A stretch of 63,563 nucleotides of DNA, the filler included, from Octopus bimaculoides (taxonomy: Eukaryota), in the NCBI RefSeq assembly GCF_001194135.2. It is 5 parts of 5 records of this genome, joined end to end, with 100 filler letters (N's around TTAATTAATTAA, not from the genome) between each part and the next. Parts side by side here need not be neighbours in the genome. Positions count along the whole stretch, not along the records: positions 1 to 18,182 come from NC_069001.1; 4 more parts are not named here. One strand, 5' to 3'. Below are positions 1-12,343 of the stretch, piece after piece (positions within the stretch are counted from its first letter, which is position 1; every line of letters starts with the position of its first letter). Made by a program: the position numbers and the translations under genes. A model generated the notes under the pieces. The model was not told where the DNA came from. It saw only the letters and a program-made list of their open reading frames with translations, and did no database searches.

Positions 1-235
1 ATATATATATATATATATATACACCTACACTCTCGCCTGCCAAAACAGGGATAGAAACAGGGAGATGGAGAAGAGATGTAATGGCGAGTGGCTGTGTGTT
101 ACACAGAGAGTGAGCATTGTCGTATCTCCCTCCCTTTGCTGTCATGGACATTTTCGTTTGGTCTTCAAACAGTTGAGACATTAAGAACAAAAAGACGAAA
201 TCTCTGAGATAAGACATTTCCGAACTCTACCAACA

Positions 236-365
236 ATGAAACAGAATACATCACGAAATATCATGTATTGTATTTCTTGTCGATGTCTCTGCGTGTGCGT
301 ACGTCTGTGTGAGTCTGTGTGTGTGTGTATGTGTAGTCTGGTCAGTAGTTCAGCATGTCTACAGG
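236..365 (+). CDS. Possible first coding exon (MKQNTSRNIMYCISCRCLCVCVRLCESVCVCMCSLVSSSACLQ|G), speculative
   Basis: ATG at 236 is open to a CAGG|GTAAAT donor-like site at 365/366. The Cys/Val richness partly comes from a GT repeat. No homology recognised and no downstream exon linked. Confidence 0.15.
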
Positions 366-479
366 GTAAATGTCGCATCTGATATCTCTGCACATGGAAA
401 TGTGTCAGCGAGAAGAATACAAACTTTCAAAGCAAGTCTGCACACCTAACCTCTAATTCACGAGTAAAGAAGGGTGCTG

Positions 480-618
480 GCACCTGGTCGTTCAATTTCC
501 TAGAAATGGTGCACAATGTCCTCCTCAAATCACACTCTACTGCCTTAAAAACAGGAAAGACAAGCTGTCGTAGATATATACACTAGGTCTGAAAATAAAA
601 GAAAGCAGTATGGCTTTT
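480..618 (+). repeat. Interspersed repeat family E (ctagaaat..caaatcacactctac..gtctgaaaa), SINE-tail-like
   Basis: Similar to two diverged copies at about 47790-47950 and 47960-48150. Confidence 0.5.
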
Positions 619-859
619 NNNNNNNNNNNNNNNNNNNNNNNNNNNNNNNNNNNNNNNNNNNNNNNNNNNNNNNNNNNNNNNNNNNNNNNNNNNNNNNNNN
701 NNNNNNNNNNNNNNNNNNNNNNNNNNNNNNNNNNNNNNNNNNNNNNNNNNNNNNNNNNNNNNNNNNNNNNNGGGATTTCCGGGATCGAGGTTGAGCGCGG
801 ATAAGACAAAGTATCCTCAATACACTTTTTTTTTTGTTGTTAATTTGGATTATACAGAC

Positions 860-972
860 ATGGCTGAATCACCAATTTACATGGCTATAACCAATTTCTT
901 GAACATAAATTTTAACACTAAAATCTTACAAGGCCCACCGAGGGTCGTATGGACCCCGGCGGAGGACCACTG
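860..972 (-). mobile_element. End of hAT-type MITE (same family as 54270-54658)
   Basis: Reverse complement resembles cagtggttctcaacggggg..catatgaccc..agattttgttgttaaaatttatg, the left end of the 54270 element. Confidence 0.55.
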
Positions 973-1105
973 ATCGAGATATTACACTATTGTTTTATAA
1001 GGGGAACAAAGCAACAATAATTAACAGTATCGCCCCCTCATTTCTCGCTTTTCGTTTCGGTTTCAGGTTTTATTTTAAAAATATATTTCTGACTCTTATT
1101 AGTGT

Positions 1106-1266
1106 GGGCGTGGTTCTGTGGTAGGAAGTTTGCTTCCCAACCATATGGTTCCGGGTTCAGTTTTATTCTGTGACATCTTGTGAAAGCGTCTTGTATTGTA
1201 GCTTGTGGCCAACCAATGCCTTGTAAGTGGATTTAGCAGATGGAAACTGAAAGAAGCTTGTCATAT
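1106..1266 (+). mobile_element. tRNA-derived SINE family A (head plus CORE-like domain)
   Basis: tRNA-like head (gtggt..gtggtaggaag..ggttccgggttcag) followed by ccttgtaagtggattt..ggaaactgaaagaagc and a (TG)n tract. Repeated many times in the window. Confidence 0.8.
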
Positions 1267-1334
1267 GTGTGTGTGTGTGTGTGAGTGTAACAATTACATT
1301 ATCCATTAATACACAAAAACTGTTACCTTTTATT

Positions 1335-1562
1335 TTTCTTTCACGCGTTTCAGTCATTAGACCGCGGCCATACTGGAGCACTGTATTAAAAGGTTTTAAT
1401 CGAATGAATTCACAGCAGCATTTGTTTTTGTTTTTGTTTGTTGATTTTTTTTCTTTTAAGACTGGTACTTATCCTATCAGTCTCTTTTGCCGAACCGTTA
1501 AGTTACGAGACGTAAACAAAACACCGTTGGTCAAGAGGTGCGGGGGAGACAAAGATAGACAA

Positions 1563-1598
<36 letters not shown>

Positions 1599-1663
1599 GT
1601 GACTGAAACCTGAACCATGTGGCTGAGAATCACACTTCGTGCCACACAGCCACGCCTGCTCCT
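1335..1663 (-). mobile_element. SINE family A, tail type 1, core deleted
   Basis: Reverse complement gives head ggagcaggcgtggctgtgtgg..ccacatggttcaggtt, a (TG)n tract, then tail cttgaccaacggtg..ttcggcaaaagagactgatag..gctccagtatggccgcggtctaatgactgaaac. Confidence 0.75.
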
Positions 1664-2239
1664 ATTTTCATTCCGTTCATTTTTGTTTAATACGTTTATC
1701 TTTTATGAAGCGCCAAAACGTTTCATCGCGTTTATATATACTTTAACTACAGACAAACCACCACATCGGCTCCACTATGCATTTGCATTGTGACTCATTA
1801 TATTTCTCATACCATTATATTAACGTCTGTTTTATCATGAAATATATATATATTTACCATTTAGAGTGAGAAATTACTAAAAACTTCGCTATTCTTTTTC
1901 TAGGGTAGGGTCTTGATGAATTACATTTCTTATACTATCAGTAATTCCAAAATACAAATGAGAAATTCAGTGTCAAACACCATATAGGAACATACTTTCA
2001 AAGATATTATCAACAATCAAATAAACACAGAAAATATGTTCCATTCTTCTTTGTCTACAATACAACAAATACCGTTCTTTTAAAACATTTTTTAGAAATA
2101 AACAGCAGCTTGTTTTTTCGGGGTTTTTTTTTCCTCTTAACAACGCTTTTTATTAATGTAAAATAATATTTTGACAATTGAATTCAGTACAAGAATGAAA
2201 ATTATTTCAGCCTTTGTATTACAAGTAATACAAAAATCA

Positions 2240-2257
2240 TATTATTATTATTATTAC

Positions 2258-2288
<31 letters not shown>

Positions 2289-2295
2289 GTTGTTG

Positions 2296-2365
<70 letters not shown>

Positions 2366-2382
2366 CGTCATTATTATTATTA
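2240..2382 (+). repeat. (ATT)n microsatellite with GTT interruption
   Basis: Direct read. Confidence 0.95.
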
Positions 2383-2555
2383 AAGCGGCGAGCTGGTAGA
2401 ATCGTCGATGGCGCAGAGGTGGCTGTGTGATAAGTAGCTTGGTTACCGACCACATGGTTCCGGGTTCATTCCACTGCGTGGCACCTTGGGTAAGTGTCTT
2501 GGGCCGAGCAAAGTTTTGTGAGTAAATTTGATAGGCGGAAACTGAAAGAAGACCT
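2383..2555 (+). mobile_element. SINE family B head stub (2383-2407) fused to SINE family A head/core (2410-2555)
   Basis: aaagcggcgagctggtagaatcgtcg, then ggcgcagaggtggctgtgtg..ttccactgcgtggcaccttgggtaagtgtc..ggaaactgaaagaag. Confidence 0.75.
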
Positions 2556-2776
2556 GTAATTGTCTACCGTATTACCTTTTTTGATATTTTTCAAGCACAG
2601 CACTGTCCTACCCATTTTCAACCACTCTGGTGTTACTTGATCGGCATTTAACAAGGTGTTCAGTTGAGCAGCTATTTGTGCATGACATTCACCAAATTAT
2701 TATTATTATTACTATTATTATTATTATTATTATTATTATCATCATCATTATCATAATCATAATCATCATCATTATT

Positions 2777-2905
2777 GCCGTGGTCGATTCTATCTTTCAT
2801 CCTTTCGGAGTCGATAGATTAAGTACGAGTGAATCACTCGGATCGATGTTATCGACTTTCCCCACCTCTCGTCAGGATTGCTGACCTCGTGTCAAAATTA
2901 GAACG
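2777..2905 (+). mobile_element. SINE family B, 5'-truncated
   Basis: ggtcgattctatctttcatcctttcggagtcgatagattaagtac..gatcgatgttatcgact, directly after an (ATT/ATC)n tract. Confidence 0.75.
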
Positions 2906-3784
2906 GTTCCTTTTCCATTATATTGACCAAAAGGTTGTATTCTGGTCATGCAACTCGTCGAGTTTAACATGAAAACCTCAAGTTCATAATCTGATTATCC
3001 TTAACAGAGTGAATTTACAGACATTAGGATAACTAGACTCACCAGTGATAGGTACGTCTCAGCTATGTCAATTGTGGTAGTTGTCAGGTTGGAGAAGACA
3101 GAGCCAACTATTTTGCCAGTTGTTTAACAACAGCTTTCCCAACATGTTTCTCATCTTGAACAGTCACCATCTTGCTACACAAAGCAACGATTAAGTTCAC
3201 AGTATTCTCACCAAACCATGCAATGATAAAAGTTCTTCCACACATCACTGCTCATACGAAATGTCTTTAGCTTTCGGTGAAAATAAAGATGTTGTTAGAT
3301 GCGGATGTTTTCATGCCAAGAAATAATATCTAATATATAGACATGAAACATTTGAAGTCGCTCATCAGCTCGACATCTTTCTTCTGAACGTTAATAATGT
3401 TTTTCCCCCGCCTCCGAGTTATAGGTACAGTACAGCATTACTGTAGCACCAAGTGAACAGTATTTTAATTTCACATCTGAGTGAACCGCAGCTTTTCCTG
3501 TGTCTACCGTAGTTGCATCATCGGCCAACTCCATCGAATCATTACAATGGAGTAAAACAATGTAATTGCATTTATTGGTGGAATTTAAAATCGGGGTCTC
3601 AGATCAATGCCCTGTGGCACCTCTGTCTTCACTTGTACAATGTAAAGTATACTGTCAAGGTTGTAAATAAATTTGGAGAAGGCAAATCACGCAGTTGTGA
3701 ATACATACGTATGTGTGTTTATCACATCACGTGTTTTACAGTCTCGGTCCCGGTTTTTGGTGAGATGGTAGTAGTAAACCGCAC

Positions 3785-3940
3785 ATGACTGTGTCGTCAA
3801 GAAGTTTGCTTTGCAATACCATGTGGTTTGGGTTTCAATATCATTGCAGGGTACCATGTGAAGCTCCAGAGCCTCGTAAGTGAAATCTTTAGACGGAAAC
3901 TAAGTGAAGACTAGTATGTTTATATGTATGTACACACACA
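3785..3940 (+). mobile_element. Degenerate SINE family A
   Basis: gactgtgtcgtcaagaagtttgc..gcctcgtaagtgaaat..agacggaaact, then a TG/CA tract. Confidence 0.55.
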
Positions 3941-3943
3941 CAC

Positions 3944-4164
3944 ATTTTGGCTTCAGGTTTTGGCACAAGGCCTGGAATTTCAGGGAAGCAGGTAAATCGA
4001 TTACATCGATCCCAGTGCTCAATTGGCACTTGTTTTTATCGACTCCCGAAAGGATGGAAGACATATTCGACTCTGGCGGAATTTGAACTCAGAACGTAAA
4101 AACGAACGAAATGCCGCTAAGCATTTCGCCCGGTGTGTTAACGATTCTACCAGCTAACCACCTT
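3944..4164 (-). mobile_element. SINE family B, full length
   Basis: Reverse complement has A-box-like tggtagaatcgttaac, B-box gagttcaaattccgcc, body ttccatcctttcgggagtcgataaa and 3' gccttgtgccaaaacc. Confidence 0.85.
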
Positions 4165-5445
4165 CTCACTAACTCAGCACCAAGCGTTATTCCATCCCAG
4201 TGATACGAGTTCGATTCCTGTAAATGATTTTGCCATTTTTTTTTAACGACAAAATACAGTTCATGAAAAAGAAATATTCATGAAATTAATTAAGGTAAAT
4301 TAGACATAGGAAGTAATGGCAGGAAGTGGACAAGGCGAAAGTGGTTTTTAATAGAGAAGAGTACACTGAGCGGGNNNNNNNNNNNNNNNNNNNNNNNNNN
4401 NNNNNNNNNNNNNNNNNNNNNNNNNNNNNNNNNNNNNNNNNNNNNNNNNNNNNNNNNNNNNNNNNNNNNNNNNNNNNNNNNNNNNNNNNNNNNNNNNNNN
4501 NNNNNNNNNNNNNNNNNNNNNNNNNNNNNNNNNNNNNNNNNNNNNNNNNNNNNNNNNNNNNNNNNNNNNNNGTGTGTGTGTGCGCGCGCGTGTAAGCGTG
4601 CGTTTAAGAGAGATTAATTAAATGTAGGAGAGTTTGTAGGTGAATGTGTATGCATGTAAATGTAACAGTACAAAATGTAGTGTGAGAGATGATGATGAAG
4701 TGTGTGCGCGCGCGCGAATTTGCGTGTGTGTGTAAAAGGGACGAATTTAATATAGGAGAGTTTGTGAGTGAATTTATGCATTACGTTGGTTGTCCGAAAT
4801 GGGTTGCTCATTTATGTTGATGTAATGACTTTCACTCTGTTGATTTACTAATAATTTCTTAGTGTTAGTTCGTGGTTAGGTGTTATTCATGTTCGTGGTT
4901 AATTGGTTTGTTTCATGAGGGTTTTTTTTTAATGTTATATACACTATTTCATATTTAGGTTATATTTAATTCATTGTAGCACATTACATATGTATGGTTT
5001 CTGTATTCCTTACTGGTCGTTTTATATTAAGAGAATTTATTATTGTATTCTGGGTGGGTATACTAACATGATCCAGTATGATCCAACGTTGATTAATAAG
5101 AGCTATCAATACTTTCTTGCAATGAAGACACGAAGCATGATATACAAACCTGTCTAGACACGTGTCTCCACAGTAAGAAACTATTAGTAGCTCCTATCTT
5201 TATACAGTGATCTTTCGTTGATCTTACCTTAACGGAACAATAAACTGTATGAATGTATGTATTAAGTATGTATGTGCATTTATCTACGGTTTTTCGTAAG
5301 GTAGGTTACTCTACTTTAACGCTTAAGTTTCGCGTCGAAGAACTCATCAAACGGAGTATTAAAGAGGAGTCTCTGCATATATGTGAATTTGTGTGTATAC
5401 TTCTCTTTGTATGTGTTTTTGCGTGTATGCGTGACTATGTATGTG

Positions 5446-5494
<49 letters not shown>

Positions 5495-6782
5495 NNNNNN
5501 NNNNNNNNNNNNNNNNNNNNNNNNNNNNNNNNNNNNNNNNNNNNNNNNNNNNNNNNNNNNNNNNNNNNNNNNNNNNNNNNNNNNNNNNNNNNNNNNNNNN
5601 NNNNNNNNNNNNNNNNNNNNNNNNNNNNNNNNNNNNNNNNNNNNNNNNNNNNNNNNNNNNNNNNNNNNNNNNNNNNNNNNNNNNNNNNNNNNNNNNNNNN
5701 NNNNNNNNNNNNNNNCCATAATATCACCAACATTCAGGAAATGTATAATTTAGTCAAATTTTCTCATTTCATTTAATTACTATGTAAGAAAACAATTATC
5801 AAAAATCTTTCTCCTTCCCTCCCTTCGTCTCTCTCACACCTATCACTCTCTCTGTCACGTTCACTCTTTATCGCACACATATTTCTTCTCTGCTCAATCA
5901 GTAAAAACATTTCATTAAATAGTCGTAATTATCTACAATCATTTCTAGTATCCTTTTGGCATATATATATATACATACACACATACATACATGCATGCAC
6001 GCACACACACATACATATGTGCATGAATACATACATGCATGCTTACATATATACGAAGAATACAGAACCATGTTTGTGACAGCGCTTATAAGAATCTGCA
6101 AATATTTGTTTGTACATACATCGTATATATATATATATATATATATAAGACTTTTAACCCACAGCTCTTGTTCCGAAATTTTCCGAAACTGCTGTTGCTA
6201 TATTAACGCTGCGTCTCTGAAGATCTACACGAGGAAAATGAAATTCTGCAAAAGATTATGAAGTTCAAAAACTAAAATGCATTATTTACTTGACTAGTGG
6301 GGCCTCTTGAAAGAATTTCCTCTCATTTTTTTTCCAATTTATTATCTACATAACGTTGAAAACATTCCAAAATCTTTATCCCTGAGGTGAAGAAATTCTG
6401 TTCAATAAATATCCAAAGCTCTTTACAAATACTGTATCGTAACAGGTAAATTGCAATGAACTATTTAATTGGCCCATTGGAGCCCTCTTAGAGACCATTC
6501 TTGGAGGCTCGTATGTGAATCAAAACTAATGTTCTTCAATAATTTGTTCGGGTTCTTAGGTTTTCTTGTTTGTATTTGTTTCGTGAGAACTATCTATCCA
6601 TTTATGTCTATCTATATGTCTATCCATTCACCTGACTATCTATCTATTTATCTATTTACCTACCTACCTACCTACCTACCTACCTACCTACCTACCAACC
6701 TATCTACCTACATATCTACTTACCTTATCCATTTATCTATCTAGCTAATATATATGTAAGTATGTATATGCATATGTATATA

Positions 6783-6823
<41 letters not shown>

Positions 6824-7629
6824 NNNNNNNNNNNNNNNNNNNNNNNNNNNNNNNNNNNNNNNNNNNNNNNNNNNNNNNNNNNNNNNNNNNNNNNNNNNNN
6901 NNNNNNNNNNNNNNNNNNNNNNNNNNNNNNNNNNNNNNNNNNNNNNNNNNNNNNNNNNNNNNNNNNNNNNNNNNNNNNNNNNNNNNNNNNNNNNNNNNNN
7001 NNNNNNNNNNNNNNNNNNNNNNNNNNNNNNNNNNNNNNNNNNNNNNNNNNNNNNNNNNNNNNNNNNNNNNNNNNNNNNNNNNNNNNNNNNNNNNNNNNNN
7101 NNNNNNNNNNNNNNNNNNNNNNNNNNNNNNNNNNNNNNNNNNNNNNNNNNNNNNNNNNNNNNNNNNNNNNNNNNNNNNNNNNNNNNNNNNNNNNNNNNNN
7201 NNNNNNNNNNNNNNNNNNNNNNNNNNNNNNNNNNNNNNNNNNNNNNNNNNNNNNNNNNNNNNNNNNNNNNNNNNNNNNNNNNNNNNNNNNNNNNNNNNNN
7301 NNNNNNNNNNNNNNNNNNNNNNNNNNNNNNNNNNNNNNNNNNNNNNNNNNNNNNNAACTCCCGAAGGATACGAAATCCAGTTCAATAAACATCCAAAGTG
7401 CTTTACAAATTCTTTATTGTAGCAGAGAAACAAAATAGCAGTGAACCATTTAATTTGCCCATTGGAACCTTTCTTGAATCCCCTCTTGCAACTTCATACG
7501 TAAAAAAAGGTAAATGAAAGTTCCCCAATGTATAGAATATAAAAAAATAAATATTACGCAGAAATGTTTATGTTTGTATAATTCCGAAAATAAAGTCTCT
7601 TATTCAAAGAAATTTCGCTCTGAATAAAT

Positions 7630-7836
7630 GCGTCGGCGAAATGCTTGGCGGCATTTCGTCTGTCTTCACGTTCTGAGTTCAAACGTCGCCGAGGTCGATT
7701 TTGCCTCTTATTGTTTCGGGGCCGATGAAATAAGTACCAACTGAGAATTGGGGCCGATGTAATTGACTTACTCGTCACCTCATCCACCACCACTACGACA
7801 CCGAACTTGTTGGATTTGTGCCAAAATTTGAAACCC
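7630..7836 (+). mobile_element. SINE family B
   Basis: gcgaaatgcttggcggcatttcgtctg..gttctgagttcaaacgtcgccgaggtcgattttgcc..gtgccaaaatttgaaacc. Confidence 0.8.
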
Positions 7837-8412
7837 TAGCAAAACCCCTCACAAACTTAAGAGTTCTTTGGGAAACGAAACGGCCATGAGGGCTACCCTG
7901 GGTAGCAAATATAGCAGTTGAATGTCACAAGCATTCCGGTACCGTCTTTGATACTGTTCCAGCCATTCTAGGGTTGGTGGAGCTCTCCAGGTCGATAAGG
8001 TATTTCACTTAGGAGAAGGTCACTACTCTAATGTAAAACCTAGAGCTTACTAGTCACTGCAGCTGTCTTAGCCTGCTGAGCCAATGAGGTCGGGTCCACC
8101 TCTGAAGAGTAAAATCGGACCTCGCGAACTAACTTTCACTTTAAAACTCCTAAGCGCCGGCAAAGTAGAAAACCTTTGCAGCGTCAAAGATCGTTTTACA
8201 TTGTCGTGTGAGGGCGTGCTGCACTTCCCCGTGATCATCAGACGCGAAGAAACTGTCATCATCGTCATCGTCGTCGTCGTTACCGTTATCATCATCATCA
8301 TCATTATCATCATCATCATCATTATCATCATTATCATAATCATCATCATCATCTGCATCAGCACATATGCGTGTGTGCGTGTGAGTGTGTGTGATTTTTA
8401 CATGTATATATA

Positions 8413-8443
<31 letters not shown>

Positions 8444-9606
8444 CACCTTCATGTGTGTGCTTGTGTGTGTGCGTATTTCTGATTATGTGTGTATATGTAT
8501 GCATATGCATGTGTATGCATGAGTATGTGTGTGTGTGTGTATGTGTGTGTGTGTGTGTGCGTGTGTGTGTTATACATACATATGTTGTACATCACGTACA
8601 TCCGAGAAAATTACCGACGTAGACCATCAACAGTTTCCTCTCACTTTTCGTAACGCATGCGCACATCGACCACCACCACCACCCATCCCCCCACACACAC
8701 ATACATGCGTACACATCTGGTCTACACTTAATCATATTATCTGTTTATATTTCCTTCACCGACCCATCTACCCACCCCTGCAACCTCCCAGCATTTCTCT
8801 TTTTCTTTTTCTTTTTTTTTTTTTTTTTTTTTTCTNNNNNNNNNNNNNNNNNNNNNNNNNNNNNNNNNNNNNNNNNNNNNNNNNNNNNNNNNNNNNNNNN
8901 NNNNNNNNNNNNNNNNNNNNNNNNNNNNNNNNNNNNNNNNNNNNNNNNNNNNNNNNNNNNNNNNNNNNNNNNNNNNNNNNNNNNNNNNNNNNNNNNNNNN
9001 NNNNNNNNNNNNNNNNNNNNNNNNNNNNNNNNNNNNNNNNNNNNNNNNNNNNNNNNNNNNNNNNNNNNNNNNNNNNNNNNNNNNNNNNNNNNNNNNNNNN
9101 NNNNNNNNNNNNNNNNNNNNNNNNNNNNNNNNNNNNNNNNNNNNNNNNNNNNNNNNNNNNNNNNNNNNNNNNNNNNNNNNNNNNNNNNNNNNNNNNNNNN
9201 NNNNNNNNNNNNNNNNNNNNNNNNNNNNNNNNNNNNNNNNNNNNNNNNNNNNNNNNNNNNNNNNNNNNNNNNNNNNNNNNNNNNNNNNNNNNNNNNNNNN
9301 NNNNNNNNNNNNNNNNNNNNNNNNNNNNNNNNNNNNNNNNNNNNNNNNNNNNNNNNNNNNNNNNNNNNNNNNNNNNNNNNNNNNNNNNNNNNNNNNNNNN
9401 NNNNNNNNNNNNNNNNNNNNNNNNNNNNNNNNNNNNNNNNNNNNNNNNNNNNNNNNNNNNNNNNNNNNNNNNNNNNNNNNNNNNNNNNNNNNNNNNNNNN
9501 NNNNNNNNNNNNNNNNNNNNNNNNNNNNNNNNNNNNNNNNNNNNNNNNNNNNNNNNNNNNNNNNNNNNNNNNNNNNNNNNNNNNNNNNNNNNNNNNNNNA
9601 TATATA

Positions 9607-9642
<36 letters not shown>

Positions 9643-10049
9643 CATGTATATATGTATATATATATATAGACAGATAGATAGATAGATATAGATAATATAT
9701 ATATATATACATATATGCATACTTATGTATATATGTATATATGTATATATGTATATATGTATATATATATATATATATATGCATATACATACCTATGTAC
9801 ATGTATATATGTATATATTTGTGAATGTATACATATATATATTTAAAGAGAGTCGAGGGACAGAGAGTGAGAGAGAGACAGAGACAATGACAGAGTAAGA
9901 TATTGAGCTAAGGAGACACAAATACATACACACACACACATACATAAATTGACGGGTAGATATACAGATTGGTGTGAAAAGATATAGCCATAACTGCGCG
10001 TGTATGTATATGCATGTGCGTAAATATGGAGAGAAGAGTGAGGGGAAAG

Positions 10050-10090
<41 letters not shown>

Positions 10091-11526
10091 CGTATGGAAA
10101 GTGGCATTGGTAGATTGACAGATAGATCGATTAGTGTGAAAAAATGATCCATTGATACGTACGTGTATGTTTGTACATATATGTGTGATTATATATATAT
10201 ATAGAGAGAGAGAGAGAGAATGTGTGATTATATATATATATANNNNNNNNNNNNNNNNNNNNNNNNNNNNNNNNNNNNNNNNNNNNNNNNNNNNNNNNNN
10301 NNNNNNNNNNNNNNNNNNNNNNNNNNNNNNNNNNNNNNNNNNNNNNNNNNNNNNNNNNNNNNNNNNNNNNNNNNNNNNNNNNNNNNNNNNNNNNNNNNNN
10401 NNNNNNNNNNNNNNNNNNNNNNNNNNNNNNNNNNNNNNNNNNNNNNNNNNNNNNNNNNNNNNNNNNNNNNNNNNNNNNNNNNNNNNNNNNNNNNNNNNNN
10501 NNNNNNNNNNNNNNNNNNNNNNNNNNNNNNNNNNNNNNNNNNNNNNNNNNNNNNNNNNNNNNNNNNNNNNNNNNNNNNNNNNNNNNNNNNNNNNNNNNNN
10601 NNNNNNNNNNNNNNNNNNNNNNNNNNNNNNNNNNNNNNNNNNNNNNNNNNNNNNNNNNNNNNNNNNNNNNNNNNNNNNNNNNNNNNNNNNNNNNNNNNNN
10701 NNNNNNNNNNNNNNNNNNNNNNNNNNNNNNNNNNNNNNCATGCGTGTGTGGTGGGTGTATGGGTGTGCCTGTGTGTCTGCGTCACAGAGAGAGAGAGAGA
10801 GACAGACAGACAGAGACAGAGATAGAGATAGAGAGACTTTATAGAATTTGTCAATGTGTGTGTGAGTGCGTGTGCATGCGTGTGTGTCTGTGTGTGTGTA
10901 TCTGTGTGTGTGTCTGAGCGTGTATGTTTCCGCACCATCACATACGCCGTCATCACCTCCACCTCAAGTCCCAGGATAAACATCCCCACCAGACACATAC
11001 ACACACACGCGCACACACAAATTCACACACACACACACTCATTCACACACACATTCACATTCACACATATACGCACACGTGCATTAACACACACATACAC
11101 ACATATTTACACGTACATTCACACAGAAACGTACACATATATACACACACACACAGACACGCATTCACACACACGCACATGTAGAGAATCTCCGAAGTAC
11201 TATTTACTTAATAGATGTGTCAGTTGATACCTGATGGTTACACATCACATGAAATACAAAAACAGGGGAAAAAATTGATAAATAAACAAAGAACACAACA
11301 AAACAACACGAAATATTAACGACAACAACAATTTTACAAACAAAAAAAAACAAACATGCGAAAAAAATAACTACAGTTGCCAAGAAAGACATATGGAAAC
11401 GTTGACGTGATATTATTGGCAGAATAAATGTTGCTTCCTTCCTTCCATATATATTATTTACTTATTATATAAATACATTTCATCCGTTCCATATTACTTT
11501 TTATACATACATACATATATATATAT

Positions 11527-11581
<55 letters not shown>

Positions 11582-12310
11582 CACACATACATACATACAT
11601 ACATACATACATATGTGTGTGTATGTGTGTAAATATATATGTGTATATATATGTATATATACATATATATGTACATATGTATGTATATGTGTTTGTGTGT
11701 GCGTGTGTGTGTGTGGCGTTTGGTATTTATATTTACACAACTTATTAACTTTTTATTGTTTTTTTCCTGTTTGTTTACTCAATGCATATTATATATATTT
11801 TTTTTTTTACAATTTATCTATTTATTATTCTTATTAGCATTATTAATATTATTGTTGTTACTGTAGGTAATACTGTTGTTGTTGGCGGTGTTTTTGTTGT
11901 TTGTTGTTGTTTGTTTTTTCGTGCCATATTTTTTATAGATGGATATTCAGGATAATGTTATTAAGAAAACCTGTCTATCCGTAGATTCATGATGGCGTCT
12001 CTCTCTCTCTNNNNNNNNNNNNNNNNNNNNNNNNNNNNNNNNNNNNNNNNNNNNNNNNNNNNNNNNNNNNNNNNNNNNNNNNNNNNNNNNNNNNNNNNNN
12101 NNNNNNNNNNNNNNNNNNNNNNNNNNNNNNNNNNNNNNNNNNNNNNNNNNNNNNNNNNNNNNNNNNNNNNNNNNNNNNNNNNNNNNNNNNNNNNNNNNNN
12201 NNNNNNNNNNNNNNNNNNNNNNNNNNNNNNNNNNNNNNNNNNNNNNNNNNNNNNNNNNNNNNNNNNNNNNNNNNNNNNNNNNNNNNNNNNNNNNNNNNNN
12301 NNNNNNNNNN

Positions 12311-12343
<33 letters not shown>

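Noticed and set aside
1106-1170. tRNA-like A/B boxes here and in all SINE-A/B/C heads
   Set aside because: They continue into SINE bodies and lack a complete cloverleaf and acceptor stem; no true tRNA gene was found.
8100-8135. CTGAAGAG..CGAAC hammerhead-like string
   Set aside because: GAAC instead of GAAA, no stem II beyond two pairs, and no stem I pairing.
10920-10995. GC-richer island reading APSHTPSSPPPQVPG* or LVGMFILGLEVEVMTAY
   Set aside because: No usable splice acceptor or donor; embedded in CA/TG repeats.
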